A stretch of DNA of 63,670 nucleotides, counting the filler, from Hyphochytrium catenoides (Eukaryota > Protista > Hyphochytriomycota): NCBI GenBank assembly GCA_900088475.1. It is 8 parts of 8 records of this genome, joined end to end, with 100 filler letters (N's around TTAATTAATTAA, not from the genome) between each part and the next. Parts side by side here need not be neighbours in the genome. Positions count along the whole stretch, not along the records: positions 62,576 to 63,670 come from FLMG01003159.1; 7 more parts are not named here. One strand, given 5' to 3'. The position numbers were made by a program, and so were the translations under genes. The notes beneath the pieces are model-generated. The model made no database searches, was not told the origin of the DNA, and saw only the letters and a list, made by a program, of their open reading frames with translations. This document shows, piece after piece, positions 63,308 through 63,670 of this stretch; the stretch's first letter is position 1, and the number at the start of each line of letters is the position of its first letter.

Positions 63308-63670
63308 GGGAGAGAAGGATACATCTCATCTCACTGTGACCAGCAAGATAGCAGCAGCAGACAGGAGGAGGCAGAGATAGCAGCAATAGAGCCAACCACA
63401 GGAGGAGATAGAAGAGAGAAAAACGAGGGAAAGAGCGGCCACTGCTCCTTCTCCCTCATTCTCTCTCTCTCTCTCTCTCTCTCTTGGCCCGCGGCCGAGG
63501 GAAGGACAGCGGAGAAGGTGGAACACGGAGAAGAGGAAAGTAGAGAGAGAGAAAAACCGGAAGAGACACAGAGGGAAACAGAGAGAGAGAGAGAGACTAT
63601 GGAGGGAAGCAAAGAAGAGGAGGAAGGAGCTGCCTCGGTGGCGGCAGCAGAGAGAAAGGCAGCGCTGGAC

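Noticed and set aside
6116-63612. Numerous LSLS- or ERER-rich ORFs in the six-frame track
   Set aside because: CT/GA repeats contain no stop codons, so these are translations of introns and intergenic microsatellites.

Overview
This is eukaryotic, intron-rich DNA with abundant (CT)n/(GA)n microsatellites. It is not one locus: seven artificial N..TTAATTAATTAA..N spacers join eight separate scaffolds. The gene set (ciliary ARMC9-like gene, oomycete-type chitin synthase) suggests a flagellated stramenopile-like protist, which is an inference. I rebuilt spliced gene models by hand from GT-AG sites and reading frame. They encode NOG2, RRP9/U3-55K, an ARMC9-like LisH/ARM protein, a CHR-family chromate transporter, an EF-hand lysophospholipid acyltransferase, an EGF-repeat membrane protein, an RFC small subunit (5' part), a mitochondrial phosphate carrier, GPR89/GTG (3' part), a TatD DNase (partial) and a chitin synthase (partial). 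There is also a defective CRE-like RLE non-LTR retrotransposon with a fold-back 5' end, plus an older relic of the same family that the ORF track misses. The most notable finding is a six-exon gene at 41040-44735 with the order signal peptide, EF-hand pair, SAM, FN3, TM, FYVE-like Zn finger, basic tail. It looks like a STIM-type luminal Ca2+ sensor coupled to a different cytosolic output. Second is a recurring intron layout with a GA-rich 5' half and a CT-rich 3' half that could base-pair across the intron. Most ORFs in the supplied track are microsatellite artefacts. No database searches were run; family calls rest on remembered motifs.
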